From Eledone cirrhosa (taxonomy: Eukaryota), in the NCBI GenBank assembly GCA_964016885.1, contig OZ024742.1:357430001-357494000 (forward strand): a stretch of DNA of 64,000 nt. Direction: 5' to 3'. Positions 38,599 to 53,666 of this stretch are shown here, one piece after another. A model generated the notes under the pieces. The model made no database searches. It saw only the letters and a program-made list of their open reading frames with translations, and was not told the DNA's origin. Numbering within the stretch: position 1 is the first letter of the stretch; every line of letters starts with the position of its first letter. Made by a program: the position numbers and the translations under genes.

Positions 38599-38640
38599 TG
38601 GTCATATGTATATTCAGTTAGGACTGATGTTAACATTTTT

Positions 38641-38653
38641 ATTATTATTATTA

Positions 38654-38699
<46 letters not shown>
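38641..38699. repeat. (TAT)n microsatellite
   Basis: Directly visible. Confidence 0.95.
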
Positions 38700-39349
38700 T
38701 CATAGTTTATTTCATACAATTACAATGTAATGATTTTTATACACATGCCTAACTGTTGAATTAATTAGCAACACATTATCTTTATTTAAATCACATACCT
38801 TATCAAGAAATCAATAAGAATATCACATCTAAGCTGGTTTAATTCCTCAGTGACTCAGTACTTGTACAATACTATGATTATTGTTAAATGCTTTACACAT
38901 ATCCTTACCAGCTTGCCACATTAATTGTCTTCCAGTGTTTCTCACTTATCTTAGTAATCTTAACACCTAGTTCACTAGCTAACTTTCCATTACATATATT
39001 TACTAGACTACTTTCTCCGTGTCTTTATGTATCGTTACTCTTTGATAATCTAATTCTAGAAACTATTTCTCAATCATTTTACATCTTGCTGTAGCCTACG
39101 TGTGTAGTAGACTTAATTTGTCACTCAGTTTAACACGATAAACACATACTTGTGTGTAAATTATTAGAGTCCACATTATTGCAAGCAGGTCCCTTGTAGG
39201 AAAATAACATCCTCCTTTCCTCTTTACCACACCCAGTCGCTCTGAAAAAAGGTCATGGTCTGGTCAGTGACCCCCCCTCTTACTTATTGCCTATACAGTG
39301 AAGCATGTACGTGTTCTACCTATAGAGGTACTTCATATAGAAATTCTTA

Positions 39350-39574
39350 ATCTACATGTACTCCATGTAGATGTTTCCATGGAGACATATTCTATGCAGA
39401 TGTAATCTCAGGAAATATACTCTCTGTAGATGTACTTGATATAAATGTACTCCATGTAGATGTTTCCATGGAGACATACTCTATGTAGATGTAATCTCAA
39501 GATATATACTCTCTGTAGATGTAATTAATATAAATGTACTCCATATAAATGAACTCATATATACGTCATTTAAC
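39350..39574. repeat. Degenerate ~15-bp repeat (gatgtactccatgta-like) with a ~90-bp duplication
   Basis: catgtactccatgta / gatgtttccatgga / gacatattctatgca / gatgtaatctcagga ...; block at ~39356 recurs at ~39445. Confidence 0.75.
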
Positions 39575-42106
39575 GTCATCTAGATGTATTCTATCCATAT
39601 ATATGTCATCTAGATGTATTCTATACATATATATGTCATCTAGATGTATTCTATCCATATATATGTCATCCAGATGTATTCTATACATATATATGTCATC
39701 TAGATGTATTCTATCCATATATATGTCATCTAGATGTATTCTATACATATATATGTCATCTAGATGTATTCTATACATATATATGTCATCCAGATGTATT
39801 CTATTCATATGTACGTCATCTAGATGTATTCTATTCATATGTACATCATCTAGATGTATTTTATTCACATATACGTCACATAGATGTATTCTATTCACAT
39901 ATACGTCATCTAGATGTATTCTATACATATATATGTCATCTAGATGTATTCTATACATATGTATGTCATCTAGATGTATTCTATAGTTATATCATGTCAT
40001 CCAGATGTATTCTAGTCATATGTATGTCGTCTAGATGTATTCTATTCACATGTATGTCATCTAGATGTATTCTATACATATGTATGTCATCCAGATGTAT
40101 TCTATACATATGTATGTCATCCAGATGTATTCTATACATATGTATGTCATCCAGATGTATTCTATACATATATATGTCATCTAGATGTATTCTATACATA
40201 TGTATGTCACCTAGATGTATTCTATACATATGTACGTCATCTAGATGTATTCTATACATATATATGTCATCCAGATATATTCTATACATATGTATGTCAT
40301 CTAGATGTATTCTATACACATGTATGTCATCCAGATGTATTCTATACATATGTATGTCATCTAGATGTATTCTATAGATAAATATGTCATCTATATGTAT
40401 TCTATACATATGTCATCTAGATGTATTCTATACATATGTCATCTAGATGTATTCTATACATATGTATGTCATCTAGATGTATTCTGTACATATATATGTT
40501 ATCTAGATGTATTCTATACATATCTATGTCATCTAGATGTATTCTATTCACATATATGTCATCTAGATGTATTCTATACATATCTATGTCACCCAGATGT
40601 ATTCTATACATATGTATGTCATCCAGATGTATTCTATACATATATATGTCATCTAGCTGTATTCTATACATATGTATGTCATCTAGATATAGTGTATACA
40701 TATCTATGTCATCCAGATGTCTTCTATACATATATATGTCATCTAGATGTATTCTATACATATGTATGTCATCTAGATATATTCTATATATATCTATGTC
40801 ATCCAGATGTATTCTATTCACATATATGTCATCTAGATGTATTCTATTCACATGTATGTCATCCAGATGTATTCTATACATATATATGTCATCTAGATGT
40901 ATTCTATTCACATGTATGTCATCCAGATGTATTCTATACATATATATGTCATCTAGATGTATTCTATACATATGTATGTCATCGAGATGTATTCTATACA
41001 TATATATGTCATCCAGATGTATTCTATACATATGTATGTCATCTAGATGTATTCTATACATATATATGTCATCTAGGTGTATTCTATACATATGTATGTC
41101 ATCCAAATGTATTCTATACATATATATGTCATCCAGATGTATTCTATACATATATACGCCATCTAGATGTATTCTATACATAAGTAATTCATCTGGATGT
41201 ATTCTATACATATATATGTCATCCAGATGTATTCTATACATATATACGTCATCTAGATGTATTCTATACATAAGTAATTCATCTGGATGTATTCTATACA
41301 TATATAGGTCATCCAGATGTATTCTATACATATATACGTCATCTAGATGTATTCTATACATAAGTAATTCATCTGGATGTATTCTATACATATATATGTC
41401 ATCTAGATGTATTCTATTCACATGTATGTCATCCAGATGTATTATATACATAAGTAATTCATCTGGATGTATTCTATACATATATATGTCATCCAGATGT
41501 ATTCTATACATATGTATGTCATCTAGATGTATTCTATACATATATATATCATCTAGATGTATTCTATACATATGTATGTCATCCAGATGTATTCTATACC
41601 AATATATGTCATCAAGATGTATTCTATACATATATATGTCATCCAGATGTATTCTATACATACATATGTCATCCAGATGTATTCTATACATATATATGTC
41701 ATCTAGATGTATTCTATACATACATATGTCATCCAGATGTATTCTATACATATGTATGTCATCTAGATGTATTCTATACATATATATGTCATCCAGATGT
41801 ATTCTATACATATGTATGTCATGCAGATGTATTCTATACATAAGTAATTCATCTGGATGTATTCTATACATATGTACGTCATCCAGATGTATTATATACA
41901 TATATATGTATTCTATACATATATATGTCATCTAGATGTATTCTATACATATGTATGTCATCCAGATGTATTCTATACATATATATGTCATCTAGATGTA
42001 TTCTATACATATATATGTCATCCAGATGTATTCTATACATATATATGTCATCCAGATGTATTCTATACATATGTATGTCATCTAGATGTATTCTATACAT
42101 ATATAT

Positions 42107-42446
42107 ATCATCATCATTTCATTTTACGTCCACTTTTTCCCTGCTTGCAAGGGTGGGACAGGAACTGATTCTGGCTTGATTTCTACAGCTGGATGCCCTT
42201 CCTAACACCAACCTCATTTACAGTGAGTGCTGGGTGCTTTTTTGCCGTGGCACCTCCACGACCACTTTGCAGTGGAATGATAGGGACCCCAGTCCCTATC
42301 ATCTCATTTCTACAGCTGAGTAAACTGGAGCAATGTGAAATAAAGTGTCTTGCTCAAGGAAACAACACATCACCCGGTCTGAGAATTGAACTCACAACCT
42401 TTTGATTGCAAGGCCAATGCTCTAACCACTAAGCCATGTGCCTCCA
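42107..42446 (-). mobile_element. Composite tRNA-SINE with RTE-derived 3' tail, inserted in the satellite
   Basis: Head TGGCTTAGTGG and GAGTTCAATTCT on the minus strand, core, GATAGGGAC/GTCCCTATC hairpin, then RTE UTR and GAT tail. Confidence 0.88.
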
Positions 42447-45400
42447 TGTGTGTGTGTACATATATGTCATCCAATATGTATTCTATACAAATATATATAT
42501 TATCTAGATGTATTCTATACATATATATGTCATCGAGATGTATTCTATACATATATATGTCATCTAGATGTATTCTATACATATATATGTCATCTAGATG
42601 TACTCTATACATATATATGTCATCTATATGCATTCTATACATACATATGTCATCTAGATGTATTCTATTCATATATATGTCATCTAGATGTACTCTATAC
42701 ATATATATGTCATCTAGATGTATTCTATACATATATATGTCAACTAGATGTATTCTATACAAATTTAAGTCATCCAGATGTATTCTATACATATATATGT
42801 CAACTTGATGTATTCTATACATATATATGTCATCTAGATGTATTCTATACATATGTATGTCATCCAGATGTATTCTATACATATATATGTCATCTAGATG
42901 TATTCGATACGTATGTATGTCATCTAGATATATTCTATGCATATATATGTCATCTAGATGTATTCTATACATATGTATGTCATCTAGATGTATTCTATAC
43001 ATATATATGTCATCTAGATGTACTCTATACATATATATGTCATCTAGATGTATTCTATACATATATATGTCATCGAGATGTATTCTATACATATATATGT
43101 CATCTAGATGTATTCTATACATATATATGACATCCAGATGTCTTCTATACATATGTATGTCATCCAGATGTATTCTATTCACATGTATGTCATCTAGATG
43201 TATTCTATATATATATATCTCATCCAGATGTATTCTAGACATATGTATTTCATCTAGATGTATTCTATACATATGTATGTCATGCAGATGTATTCTATAC
43301 ATATATATGTCATCTAGATGTATTCTATACATATATATGTCATCTAGATGTATTCTATACATATATATGTCATCTAGATGTATTCTATACATATATATAT
43401 ATATGTCATCTAGATGTATTCTATACATATGTATGTCATCTAGATGTATTCTATACATATATATGTCACCTAGATGTATTCTATACATGTGAATGTCATC
43501 TAGATGTATTCTATACATATATATGTCATCCAGATGTATTCTATACATATGTATGTCATCTAGATGTATTCTATACATATATATGTCATCTAGATGTATT
43601 CTATACATATGTATGTCATCTAGATGTATTCTATACTTATATATGTCATACAGATGTACTCTATACATATGTATGGCATCTAGATGTATTCTATACATAT
43701 ATATGTCATCCAGAAGTATTCTAAACATATGTATGTCATCTAGATGTATTCTATACATATATATGTAATCCAGATGTATTCTATACATATGTATGACATC
43801 TAGATGTATTCTATACATATATATGTCACCTAGATGTATTCTATACATACATATGTCATCTAGATGTATTCTATACATATATATGTCATCTAGATGTACT
43901 CTATACATATATATGTCATCTAGATGTATTCTATACATATATATGTCATCCAGATGTAATCTATACATATATATGTCAACTAGATGTATTCTATACATAT
44001 TTAAGTCATCCAGATGTATTCTATACATATATATGTCAACTTGATGTATTCTATACATATATATGTCATCTAGATGTATTCTATACATATATATGTCAAC
44101 TAGATGTATTCTATACAAATTTAAGTCATCCAGATGTATTCTATACATATATATGTCAACTTGATGTATTCTATACATATATATGTCATCTAGATGTATT
44201 CTATACATATGTATGTCATCCAGATGTATTCTATACATATATATGTCATCTAGATGTATTCGATACGTATGTATGTCATCTAGATATATTCTATGCATAT
44301 ATATGTCATCTAGATGTATTCTATACATATGTATGTCATCTAGATGTATTCTATACATATATATGTCATCTAGATGTACTCTATACATATATATGTCATC
44401 TAGATGTATTCTATACATATATATGTCATCGAGATGTATTCTATACATATATATGTCATCTAGATGTATTCTATACATATATATGACATCCAGATGTCTT
44501 CTATACATATGTATGTCATCCAGATGTATTCTATTCACATGTATGTCATCTAGATGTATTCTATATATATATATCTCATCCAGATGTATTCTAGACATAT
44601 GTATTTCATCTAGATGTATTCTATACATATGTATGTCATGCAGATGTATTCTATACATATATATGTCATCTAGATGTATTCTATACATATATATGTCATC
44701 TAGATGTATTCTATACATATATATGTCATCTAGATGTATTCTATACATATATATATATATGTCATCTAGATGTATTCTATACATATGTATGTCATCTAGA
44801 TGTATTCTATACATATATATGTCACCTAGATGTATTCTATACATGTGAATGTCATCTAGATGTATTCTATACATATATATGTCATCCAGATGTATTCTAT
44901 ACATATGTATGTCATCTAGATGTATTCTATACATATATATGTCATCTAGATGTATTCTATACATATGTATGTCATCTAGATGTATTCTATACTTATATAT
45001 GTCATACAGATGTACTCTATACATATGTATGGCATCTAGATGTATTCTATACATATATATGTCATCCAGAAGTATTCTAAACATATGTATGTCATCTAGA
45101 TGTATTCTATACATATATATGTAATCCAGATGTATTCTATACATATGTATGACATCTAGATGTATTCTATACATATATATGTCACCTAGATGTATTCTAT
45201 ACATACATATGTCATCTAGATGTATTCTATACATATATATGTCATCTAGATGTACTCTATACATATATATGTCATCTAGATGTATTCTATACATATATAT
45301 GTCATCCAGATGTAATCTATACATATATATGTCAACTAGATGTATTCTATACATATTTAAGTCATCCAGATGTATTCTATACATATATATGTCAACTTGA

Positions 45401-47495
45401 TGTATTCTATACATATATATGTCATCTAGATGTATTCTATACATATGTATGTCATCCAGATGTATTCTATACATATATATGTCATCTAGATGTATTCGAT
45501 ACGTATGTATGTCATCTAGATATATTCTATGCATATATATGTCATCTAGATGTATTCTATACATATGTATGTCATCTAGATGTATTCTATACATATATAT
45601 GTCATCTAGATGTACTCTATACATATATATGTCATCTAGATGTATTCTATACATATATATGTCATCGAGATGTATTCTATACATATATATGTCATCTAGA
45701 TGTATTCTATACATATATATGACATCCAGATGTCTTCTATACATATGTATGTCATCCAGATGTATTCTATTCACATGTATGTCATCTAGATGTATTCTAT
45801 ATATATATATCTCATCCAGATGTATTCTAGACATATGTATGTCATCTAGATGTATTCTATACATATGTACGTCATGCAGATGTATTCTATACATATATAT
45901 GTCATCTAGATGTATTCTATACATATATATGTCTTCTAGATGTATTCTATACATATATATGTCATCTAGATGTATTCTATACATATATATATATATGTCA
46001 TCTAGATGTATTCTATACATATGTATGTCATCTAGATGTATTCTATACATATATATGTCACCTAGATGTATTCTATACATATGAATGTCATCTAGATGTA
46101 TTCTATACATATATATGTCATCCAGATGTATTCTATACATATGTATGTCATCTAGATGTATTCTATACATATATATGTCATCTAGATGTATTCTATACAT
46201 ATGTATGTCATCTAGATGTATTCTATACTTATATATGTCATACAGATGTATTCTATACATATATATGTAATCCAGATGTATTCTATACAGATGTATGACA
46301 TCTAGATGTATTCTATACATATATATGTCACCTAGATGTATTCTATACATATATATGACATCTAGATGTATTCTATACATATATATATCAACTAGATATA
46401 TTCTATTAATATGTATGTCATCTAGATGTATTCTATACATATATATGTCATCTAGATGTATTCTATACATATGTATGTCATCCAGATGTATTCTATACAT
46501 ATATATGTCATCTAGATGTATTCTATACATATATATGTCATCCAGATGTAATCTATACATATATATGTCATCTAGATGTATTCTATACATATATATGTGA
46601 TCCAGATGTATTCTATACATATGTATGTCATCTAGATGTATTCTATACATATATATATATGTCATCCAATATGTATTCTATACACATATATATATTATCT
46701 AGATGTATTCTATACATATATATGTTATCCAGATGTATTCTATACATATATATGTCATCGAGATGTATTCTATACATATATATGTCATCTAGATGTATTC
46801 TATACATATATATGTCATCTAGATGTACTCTATACATATATATGTCATCTAGATGTATTCTATACATATATATGTCATCCAGATGTATTCTATACATATA
46901 TATGTCAACTAGATGTATTCTATACATATATAAGTCATCCAGATGTATTCTATACATATATATGTCAACTAGATGTATTCTATACATATATATGTCATCT
47001 AGATGTATTCTATACATATGTATGTCATCCAGATGTATTCTATACATATATATGTCATCTAGATGTATTCGATACGTATGTATGTCATCTAGATGTATTC
47101 TATACATATATATGTCATCTAGATATATTCTATGAATATATATGTCATCTAGATGTATTCTATACATATGTATGTCATTTAGATGTATTCTATACATATA
47201 TATGTCATCTAGATGTACTCTATACATATATATGTCATCTAGATGTATTCTATACATTTATATGTCATCGAGATGTATTCTATACATATATATGTCATCT
47301 AGATGTATTCTATACATATATATATATATGTCATCTAGATGTATTCTATACATATGTATGTCATCTAGATGTATTCTATACATATATCTGTCACCTAGAT
47401 GTATTCTATACATATGTATGTCATCTAGATGTATTCTATACATATATATGTCAGCCAGATGTATTCTATACATATGTATGTCATCTAGATGTATT

Positions 47496-48528
47496 CATCA
47501 TCATCATCATCATCACCGTTTTACGTCCGTTCTTCCACGCTAGCATGGGTTAGACGGGTTGTCCTGTTGTGGGCAGTGTCTGGTCGGCTGACCATGCCTT
47601 GCTCATACAGGAACTGATCTGGCTTGATTTCTAGAGCTGGATGCCCTTCCTAACACCAACCTCATTTCCAGTGAGTGCTGGGTGCTTTTTCGTGGCGCCT
47701 ACACGTCCACTTTACAGTGTGGGCTGGGTGCTTTTTTGCCGTGGCACCTCCACGACCACCTTGCGGTGGGGGGGGGGCATATTGTTTATATGCTTCAGCA
47801 TGTACCCATGGGAGGTCGGGTACCCTGTATTACTGCGTGACGCCAGAAGTCACGGTCGTGTGTCATTGACTTTGAGAGGTGTAGTTGGGTAAGGTCGGCT
47901 TTTATCACCTCATCCCAAGTCATCTTGGGTCTCCCCACTCCGCGGTTTCCATCAACTTCTAGTGCTCTGCACCTTTTTATGCAGCTGTCATCCTTCATAC
48001 GCATCACATGTCCATACCAGCGTAACCGCCTCTCCTGCACGCAGCATTTGATTCCTCTTATGCTCAGTCTCTCTCTCAATTCATTTATGCTTTGTCGTTC
48101 ACGTATATTACTGTTACACATCCATCGGAGCATGCAGGCTTCGTTTCTCTCTAATCTACGTAAGTCTTCCACCTTCAGCGCCCAGGTCTCACTACCATGC
48201 AACATCGCTGTTCGGATACACGCATCATACAGTCTGCCTTTCATTCTGAGGGAGAAGCCTTTTGCAGCTAGCAGTGGTAGTAGTTCCCTAAACTTCTTCC
48301 ATCCCGTTCTTACCCTAGTTATTGTACTTTCTGAGCACCCACCTCCGTTGCTAATTCGGTCACCTAGGTAGCAGAAGCTGTCTACTGTTTCTACAGGGCC
48401 CTCCCAGAGATTGGTGGTACTTGTTTCCTGTGGCTGTTTGCTTGCTGTTTCAGCACAGCTGCTGCATGTGAATCCTACATTCTTAATTAAGCTTCCTGAG
48501 ATCCCGCTACATCTCTTGTGTACCCATT
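47496..48528 (-). mobile_element. 5'-truncated RTE LINE inserted in the satellite
   Basis: ORF 47795..48547 intact from WVHKRC to the stop; same subfamily as 29458-31076; ATTC at both junctions. Confidence 0.96.
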
Positions 48529-51500
48529 CTATACATATATATGTCATCTAGATGTATTCTATACATATATATGTCATCTAGATGTATTCTATACATATGT
48601 ATGTCATCTAGATGTATTCTATACTTATATATGTCATACAGATGTATTCTATACATATGTATGGCATCTAGATGTATTCTATACATATATATGTCATCCA
48701 GATGTATTCTAAACATATGTATGTCATCTAGATGTATTCTATACATATATATGTAATCCAGATGTATTCTATACATATGTATGACATCTAGATGTATTCT
48801 ATACATATATATGTCATCTAGATGTATTCTATACATATATATGTCATCTAGATGTATTCTATACATATATATATATATGTCACCTAGATGTATTCTATAC
48901 ATATATATGTCATCTAGGTGTATTCTATACATATATATGTCACCCAGATGTATTCTATACATATGTATGTCATCTAGATGTATTCTATACATAAACATGT
49001 CATCCAGATGTATTCTATGCATATGTATGTCATCCAGATGTATTCTATACATATATATGTCATCTAGGTGTATTCTATACATATGTATGTCATCCAGATG
49101 TATTCTATACATATGTATGTCATCCAGATGTATTCTATACATATATATGTCATCCAGATGTATTCTATACATATATACGTCATCTAGATGTATTCTATAC
49201 ATAAGTAATTCATCTAGATGTATTCTATACATATGTACGTCATCCAGATGTATTATATACATATATATGTCATCCAGATGTATTCTATACATATGTATGT
49301 CATCTAGATGTACTCTATACATATATGTGTCATCTAGACGTATTCTATACATATGTATGTCATCTAGATGTATTCTATACATATGTATGTCATCCAGATG
49401 TATTATATACATATATATGTCATCTAGATGTATTCTATACATATATATGTCATCCAGATGTATTCTATACATATGTACGTCATCTAGATGTATTCTATAC
49501 ATATATATATATGTCATCATCCAATATGTATTCTATACATATATATATATTATCTAGATGTATTCTATACATATATATGTCATCCAGATGTATTCTATAC
49601 ATATGTATGTCATCTAGATGTACTCGATACATATATATGTCATCTAGATGTATTCTATACATATGTACGTCATCCAGATGTATTATATACATATATATGT
49701 CATCCAGATGTATTCTATTCATATGTATGTCATCTCGATGTCTTGTATACATATGTATGTCATCCAGATGTATTCTATACATATGTATGTCATCCAGATG
49801 TATTCTATACATATGTACGTCATCCAGATGTATTCTATACATATGTATGTCATCTAGATGTATTCTATACATATATATGTCACCTAGATGTATTCTATGC
49901 ATATGTATGTCATCCAGATGTATTCTATACATATGTATGTTATCCCGATGTATCCTATACATATATATGTCATCTAGATGTATTCTATACATATATATGT
50001 CAACTAGATGTATTCCATACATATGTATGTCATCTAGATATATTCCATTCATATATATGTCATCTAAATTTATTCTATACATATATATGTCAACTAGATG
50101 TATTCTATACATATATAAGTCATCCAGATGTATTCTATACATATATATGTCAACTAGATGTATTCTATACATATATATGTCATCTAGATGTATTCTATAC
50201 ATATGTATGTCATCCCGATGTATTCTATACATATATATGTCATCTAGATGTATTCTATACATATATATGTCAACTAGATGTATTCCATACATATGTATGT
50301 CATCTAGATATATTCCATTCATATATATGTCATCTAGATGTATTCTATACATATGTATGTCATCTAGATGTATTCTATACATATATATTTCATCTAGATG
50401 TATTCTATACATATATATGTCATCGAGATGTATTCTATACATATATATGTCATCTAAATTTATTCTATACATATATATGTCAACTAGATGTATTCTATAC
50501 ATATATAAGTCATCCAGATGTATTCTATACATATATATGTCAACTAGATGTATTCTATACATATATATGTCATCTAGATGTATTCTATACATATGTATGT
50601 CATCCAGATGTATTCTATACATATATATGTCATCCAGATGTCTTCTATACATACGTATGTCATCCAGATGTATTCTATTCATATGTATGTCATCTAGATG
50701 TATTCTATATATATCTATCTCATCCAGATGTATTCTAGACATATGTATGTCATCTAGATGTATTCTATACATATGTACGTCATCCAGATGTATTCTATAC
50801 ATATATATGTCATCTAGATGTATTCTATACATATATATGTCATCTAGATGTATTCTATACATATATATGTCATCTAGATGTATTCTATACATATATATAT
50901 ATATATGTCATCTAGATGTATTCTATACATATGTATGTCATCTAGATGTATTCTATACATATATCTGTCACCTAGATGTATTCTATACATATGTATGTCA
51001 TCTAGATATATTCTATACATATATATGTCAGCCAGATGTATTCTATACATATGTATGTCATCTAGATTTATTCTATACATATATATGTCATCTAGATGTA
51101 TTCTATACATATATATGTCATCTAGTTATATTCTATACATATGTATGTCATCTAGATGTATTCTATACTTATATATGTCATACAGATGTATTCTATACAT
51201 ATGTATGGCATCTAGATGTATTCTATACATATATATGTCATCCAGATGTATTCTAAACATATGTATGTCATCTAGATGTATGTCATCTAGATGTATTCTA
51301 TACATATATATGTAATCCAGATGTATTCTATACATATGTATGACATCTAGATGTATTCTATACATATATATGTCACCTAGATGTATTCTATACATATATA
51401 TGTCATCTAGGTGTATTCTATACATATATATGTCACCCAGATGTATTCTATACATATGTATGTCATCTAGATGTATTCTATACATATACATATCATCCAG

Positions 51501-53260
51501 ATGTATTCTATACATATGTATGTCATCCAGATGTATTCTATACATATATATGTCATCTAGGTGTATTCTATACATATGTATGTCATCCAGATGTATTCTA
51601 TACATATGTATGTCATCTAGATGTATTCTATACACATGTACGTCATCTAGATGCATTCTATACATATGTAGGTCATCCAGATGTATTCTATTCACATGTA
51701 TGTCATCTAGATGTATTCTATACATATATATGTCATCCAGATGTATTCTATACATATATATGTTATCTAGATGTATTCTATACATATATATGTCATCCAG
51801 ATGTATTCTATACATATATATGTCATCTAGATGTATTCTATACATATGTCAACTAGATGTATTCTATACATATGTATGTCATCTAGATGTATTCTATACA
51901 TATATATGTCATCTAGATGTATTCTATACATATGTATGTCATCTTGATGTATTCTATACATATGTATGTCATCTAGATGTATTCTATACATATGTACGTC
52001 ATCTAGATGTATTCTATACATATGTATGTCATCTAGATGTATTCTATACATATATATGTCATCCAGATGTATTCTATACATATATATGTCATCCAGATGT
52101 ATTCTATACATATGTATGTTACCTAAATTTATTCTATACATATATATGTCATCTAGATGTATTCTATACATATATATGTCATCTAGATGTATTCTATACA
52201 TATATATGTCATCCAGATGTATTCTATACATATGTATGTTACCTAAATTTATTCTATACATATATATGTCATCTAGATGTATTCTATACATATATATGTC
52301 ATCTAGATGTATTCTATACATATATATGTCATCCAGATGTATTCTATACATATGTTTGTCATCCAGATGTGTTCTATACATATGTACGTCATCTAGATGT
52401 ATTCCATACATATATATGTCATCTAGATGTATTCTATACATATGTATGTTACCTAAATGTATTCTATACATATATATGTCATCTAGATGTATTCTATACA
52501 TATATATTTTCATCTAGATGTATTCTATACATATGTATGTCATCTAGATGTATTCTATATATATGTATGTCATCTAGATGTATTCTATACACATGTACGT
52601 CATCCAGATGTCTTCTATACTTATATATGTCATGTAGATCTATTCTATACATATGTATGTCATCTAGATGTATTCTATACATATGTATGTCATCTAGATG
52701 CATTCTATACATATGTATGTCATCTAGATGTATTCTATACACATGTACGACATCTAGATGTATTCTATACATATGTAGGTCATCCAGGTGTATTCTATTC
52801 ACATGTATGTCATCTAGATGTATTCTATACATATATATGTCATCTAGATGTATTCTATACATATATATGTCAACTAGATGTATTCTATACATATATATAT
52901 ATATGTTATCTAGATGTATTCTATACATATATATGTCATCTAGATGTATTCTACACATATATATGTCATCTAGATGTATTCTACACATATATATGTCATC
53001 CAGATGTCTTCTATACATATATATGTCATCTAGATGTATTCTATACATATGTATGTCATCCAGATGTATTCTATTCACATGTATGTCATCTAGATGTATT
53101 CTATACATATATATGTCATCTAGATGTATTCTATATATATGTATGTCATCTAGATGTATTCTATACATATATATGTCAATCCAGATGTCTTCTATACATA
53201 TATATGTCATCTAGATGTATTCTATACATATGTATGTCATCTAGATATATTCTATACATA

Positions 53261-53666
53261 ACGAAGGAAATGTGGTAAGGAACCAGGTGGACCATAACGC
53301 ACCAAAGTACTCAATACTTTCCTATTTTTACCCCCCATTGTTCTACCTACCGTTCCGACTTCCTCCCCCTCCCCCTCCCCTGTAACTTCTTTGACCTCAT
53401 GCCCAGCTGTAGCTGGCACTACCAACGCTTGATTGGGTCTACTCCACCCCCTCCCCTCTTTCTCCTACTGGCAGGTTTAGCCACCATCTCCCCTACTAAT
53501 TTGCAACCACAGAATTACTACTGATTTTTGACAATCACTTTGACCATATATGGAATTACCCCTTGAGAAGATCGGCTATTTAAATACCAGGATAAATGTT
53601 CATTTAGTCCAGAATTAGCCGTCGAAACGGCTTGAGCTCAGCTGTCGGGGTCTTACTGGTTCCTAT
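53261..53666 (+). mobile_element. 406-bp PLE-like insertion with degenerate hammerhead and 15-bp TSD
   Basis: TATATTCTATACATA on both sides (53246-53260, 53667-53681); ACCCC-ttgagaa-GAtCGGCTA...TAGCCGTC-GAAAC-GGCTTGAGCTCAGCT-GTC-GGGGT at 53558-53651. Confidence 0.72.
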
